From the NCBI GenBank assembly GCA_041288045.1, contig JBGGMM010000064.1:1-47964 (forward strand): a DNA stretch of 47,964 bases. Direction: 5' to 3'. Source of the DNA: Pseudobdellovibrionaceae bacterium (lineage in GTDB: Bacteria; Bdellovibrionota; Bdellovibrionia; Bdellovibrionales; Bdellovibrionaceae). A program made the position numbers and the translations under genes. Position 1 is the stretch's first letter. Every line of letters starts with the position of its first letter. This document shows positions 46,601 to 47,964 of the stretch, one piece after another. The notes beneath the pieces were generated by a model. It saw only the letters and a list, made by a program, of their open reading frames with translations, did no database searches and was not told the DNA's origin.

Positions 46601-47779
46601 AGTGAGAGTGCCAGAGAATGATTTTCGATCACTGCTGAGGGTTAAGGCCACAGGGGCATCGCTACCGAATTGGGCTGTGATTTCAGAGAGGGGTTCGTTG
46701 CTTGATCCAGCAATTGGGACTGAGAAATTTGTCAGGGTTGAGTTGTTCACAGGACTTGAAACCGCCACGACGGGCGGAGTTGCATCTTTCACTAGCAGAC
46801 TGAGTGTCTTGGTGGTTGTTGCAGATTTATTGTCTTTGACGGTGAGCTTGATTTGGTAAGTGCCGGGCGCACTGTAGATATGTTCGGCCACTGCGGTGTT
46901 GGCGTGAATGCCGTCTCCGAAATCAAAATCATAAGAGACAATGGAGCCGTCCAAATCTTGCGAGGTCGATGCGTCGAATTTGGCTTTTAAGACTCCGAGA
47001 GCTGTGTCAGTGGTGGCTGTGAAGTTTGCGATTGGGACCTGATTGGCGCGAATGACAATCGATTGGGTGATGGTGCCGATTCCACCGCGAGAATCCTGGA
47101 CTGTGAGCTTCACTGGATAGGTGCCGGCTGTCACATAATTATGAGTGACCAAAGATCCTGTGGCAAAGCTGCCATCGCCGAAATCCCATGTGTACTGACT
47201 GATGGCATCGCCGTCGGGGTCTGAGCTGGTCAGTCCCGAGAAGGAAATCAATTCTGGTGCGATTCCTTGAGTGGGAGTCGCTGAAAAGCGAGCGATTGGA
47301 TTTTGATTCACAGCTGCCGTGTCGGCTTTGATTTCAACGGAAAGGTAGGCAGTGGTCGGACCTTTCACTCGGACTTTGAGTGCATTGAAAAGTTTCACTT
47401 TGATTGCTGTTTGGTATTTGCCTTTGACGGCGGGGAGCTGGAGGTGAGTGGCGATCACTTTGCCATTCAAAGTGATTTCAAACTGATCGGGTCTTTCCCA
47501 ATTTTTGCGGATCTGCTTCGCGAGATTCTCAGCTTCGCAGAGAGCCTTCGCTGTGAGCGGCTTTTTTGGACATTCGACCGGAGTCAGGTCCTGACCGTTT
47601 CCATTGATGATGGTCAAAACTCCATCGGCGTTATCTTTGGTATTCGAAAAGGATTCAGTGTAAGTGGCAATGGTGGGTGCCGCTTTGTAAGTTTTCGGAC
47701 CGAAGACTGTGGTGGGGGCTGCGAGAAGGGGTGAGGACAGAAGCAGCGAGAACATCAAAAAACCAAGGGTCGATTTCAT
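40652..47779 (-). CDS. Giant secreted PKD/Ig + teneurin-like (TTR, FN-plug, NHL propeller, YD shell) RHS-repeat protein
   Basis: Signal peptide; three PKD repeats (WDFGDG, FDFGDG, FEFGDG); one Ig-like repeat (KDLAGN); NHL repeats (RIRKI.PDGIVSTVAG); YD repeats; RHS core FGARDYDPQIGRWTSKDPI..NDPLNWIDPSG. Start placed at MKSTLG with a GGAG RBS (ORF track starts at 47803). Confidence 0.92.
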   Translation of the reverse strand: MKSTLGFLMFSLLLSSPLLAAPTTVFGPKTYKAAPTIATYTESFSNTKDNADGVLTIINGNGQDLTPVECPKKPLTAKALCEAENLAKQIRKNWERPDQFEITLNGKVIATHLQLPAVKGKYQTAIKVKLFNALKVRVKGPTTAYLSVEIKADTAAVNQNPIARFSATPTQGIAPELISFSGLTSSDPDGDAISQYTWDFGDGSFATGSLVTHNYVTAGTYPVKLTVQDSRGGIGTITQSIVIRANQVPIANFTATTDTALGVLKAKFDASTSQDLDGSIVSYDFDFGDGIHANTAVAEHIYSAPGTYQIKLTVKDNKSATTTKTLSLLVKDATPPVVAVSSPVNNSTLTNFSVPIAGSSNEPLSEITAQFGSDAPVALTLSSDRKSFSGTLTATSTGTKVITLSAKDLAGNQTVNGLTITINANLPPIARLETTSPTSKVAPLMVLFDASKSTSPQGKALSFHFEFGDGSEADSATGVIAHSFESAGSFTVVVKVTDSSGLESTASTQITAVAPELPPPPDTQAPPLASSGLQPMIDTVRFLFEGENAIQKNVQLGAIDANRVAVLQGFVEDANGDPLSGVEISLLENPEVGQTLTTENGKFHLVVNGGGTLTINYQRNGYFPLQRKISTSALDYFSQEKVVMLKPDTKVTQIQSNSPQIQIAKGSLVSDQSGERTAILLIPPQTETKLQMPDGSLKSVPTLSLRATEYTVGPTGPRRMPAELPSMTAYTYAVELSADEGIANGAEHVVFSQPVPFYVDNFLNFPPGAAVPVGSYSNKIGAWIAENDGIVAKVINIQNNQAVLSFESDNSPATPEQLSRLGITAGELTKIAENYSTGKSFWRARMTHLSPYDLNVLSRIPQEDPPAVPPGPPSPPSCGGSSSGSIIGLTDCSLGEEISLPGLPTKLHYNSVTKPGRLSEKNITVPLYTGTFPSNSSIENIHLKIEVAGQVYEKDFAPESNLLTTWLWDGKDAFGRQVSGNVSARITIDYESSSFYQIGPFNYIVDLKSFGAGFIDSVIAVLGARNVSKLTRVSTIPVGNSYPSNTVDVGGWSFTQVHRYNPMSKSLHLGDNTVIRGSNMAAILTRIAGSTPGFEGDGQQALKAKFSGIGPMAVGPDHSIYFLDTNNFRIRKIAPDGIVSTVAGTGEEGFPQEGESAVNAKIGNIQGLAVMADGSLLFSDSSANRIRRISPSGIISTFAGSTGPGASGYEGDFGPATEAKLAFPADITIAKDGTVYFIDSGNTRIRKITPAGTILPAAGNGEFETSGDEGPSTLAGFRSLTRLAAGMNNEIYVVDQAAHRIRVITNDGIIHHFAGASDAGRAEDGAVAKTSPLNMPSAIDVDVDGSVIVSDFGNSRVCKITPDGKIRIIAGGPGSGNQSFANSTIALGTPAVYNHLKVFSRGTFIGTPYLSSQLALYHEPLPDLNTSGYSIGSQDGSEIFQFSSMGQHLQTLFAKTGKLKWKFQYDSVGRLVSIRDGNNNITAINRDQEGRPLSITGPFGQFYALSSNADGYLAAISLPTGETTRMTYDSGGLLQELKQPKGNASTFEYNALGELIKDSDAAGGFKALAKVTESVLKYTVHETTALNRLKEYQVDNSSPVQTVYRTTFPDGTVDTLLSSTNSEQYTDSMGNSIASGGKDIDPRLGGISQFFGSKNMSSGFGVNLSQKTTSFTPLSSTDFFNFVQIDKTVIDESSVTSTYQSSQKTFTTESELGRKEITVVDDQERPIWLKKGNLLPTEFTYNSRGLLALLKQGDRSVVFNYNSLGQLQSVTNPEGQTTAFTWDGSNRLLQEKRPDNKVINYEYDENSNLSGLQPPDKLMHTLASNLIDLFAVYTPPPTATATGSTNYIYNLDRQLTKEVRSDGTSITYNYDQEKSQLTNIQGPSKSIDYIYGSGSRTVPARIISSDGVALDISVASDFQSDRLYTNAVTGRIRVIPTPRGQLGTLVVNEEVMVPYAYNNEKLLMQAGDLTINRDASTGLITGTQMGVLQESHILNGFGEIIQTSTTRNSSSTFSTSYVRDRLGRITQKTETVLGQSKTNGYVYDSVGRLSTVSTNGTLTRQYTYDANGNRLSANATAATYDAQDRLVQYGNTQYQYDAKGTLTQKQTGTDITRYSYDEFGQLSKVTLPNGKAIEYLIDGEMHRSVKKVDEVVTQKFIYNSNGTLAAELNADDTLKSVFVYATEAHSPDYMITSGVKYRFIKDHLGSIRLVVNTASGQIIQQADYDEFGIQVMNTNPGLHPFGFAGGIYDSDTSLVRFGARDYDPQIGRWTSKDPILFGGGDSNLYGYILNDPLNWIDPSGTTGMRTPGIPLLPQPPIPLNPDGGGSQPSAPPIVIPPLDPNKLPRPESWRRPDPNYRPGGIRGSCDPQDSSRGRL

Positions 47780-47964
47780 AATCATCTCCAAAGTAATGTC
47801 CAAACAACGTTCTCAAAATTGGACCTCTGCTTTACGGTTTGTCCTCAAATTACTTAAATATAATTATGTTTGACCATTTTGAGGCAGGACTTTGGAATGG
47901 CGATGTGGCGAAAATGGGTCGCTAAATAACGATTTCTTAAGGGGAGAGGAAAGTCGGGTTGGGG

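Overview
Gene-dense bacterial chromosomal segment, most likely from a Bdellovibrionota (Bdellovibrio-like) organism; this is inferred from gene order, the short flagellin and many secreted orphan proteins. It contains housekeeping and envelope genes: a sulfatase-like lipoprotein running off the left edge and missing from the ORF track, ExbB/ExbD, a CTP-dependent lipid kinase, pssA, asd, pepF, glutathione peroxidase, aspartokinase, an MltD-like transglycosylase, rfaE2, rsmE, prmA, a DMT transporter, rluB and dsbD. It also contains a flagellar cluster (flgF-G-A-H-I-orf-J-M-N-K-L, csrA, fliW), a flagellin and motAB, with recognisable sigma-54 and sigma-28 (FliA) promoter motifs. At the right end is a three-gene accessory module headed by a 2383-aa PKD/teneurin-like NHL-YD(RHS) protein. 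The most notable signals are: (i) a perfect 34-bp inverted repeat running from the flgN stop codon to the base before the flgK ATG; (ii) the teneurin-like RHS protein, whose cargo is only a 75-aa proline-rich peptide and which is followed by a secreted HExxH protein and an immunity-like membrane protein; (iii) a recurrent RxPAS peptide motif in FlgF, FlgH and FlgL; (iv) remodelled FlgH, FlgJ and MotB; (v) FliA-type promoters and a TCTCA-N3-TGAGA palindrome in front of non-flagellar secreted proteins; (vi) a MITE/REP-like structured element. I saw no tRNA, rRNA, CRISPR array, transposase or integrase. All family assignments come from motif recognition by eye, not from database searches.
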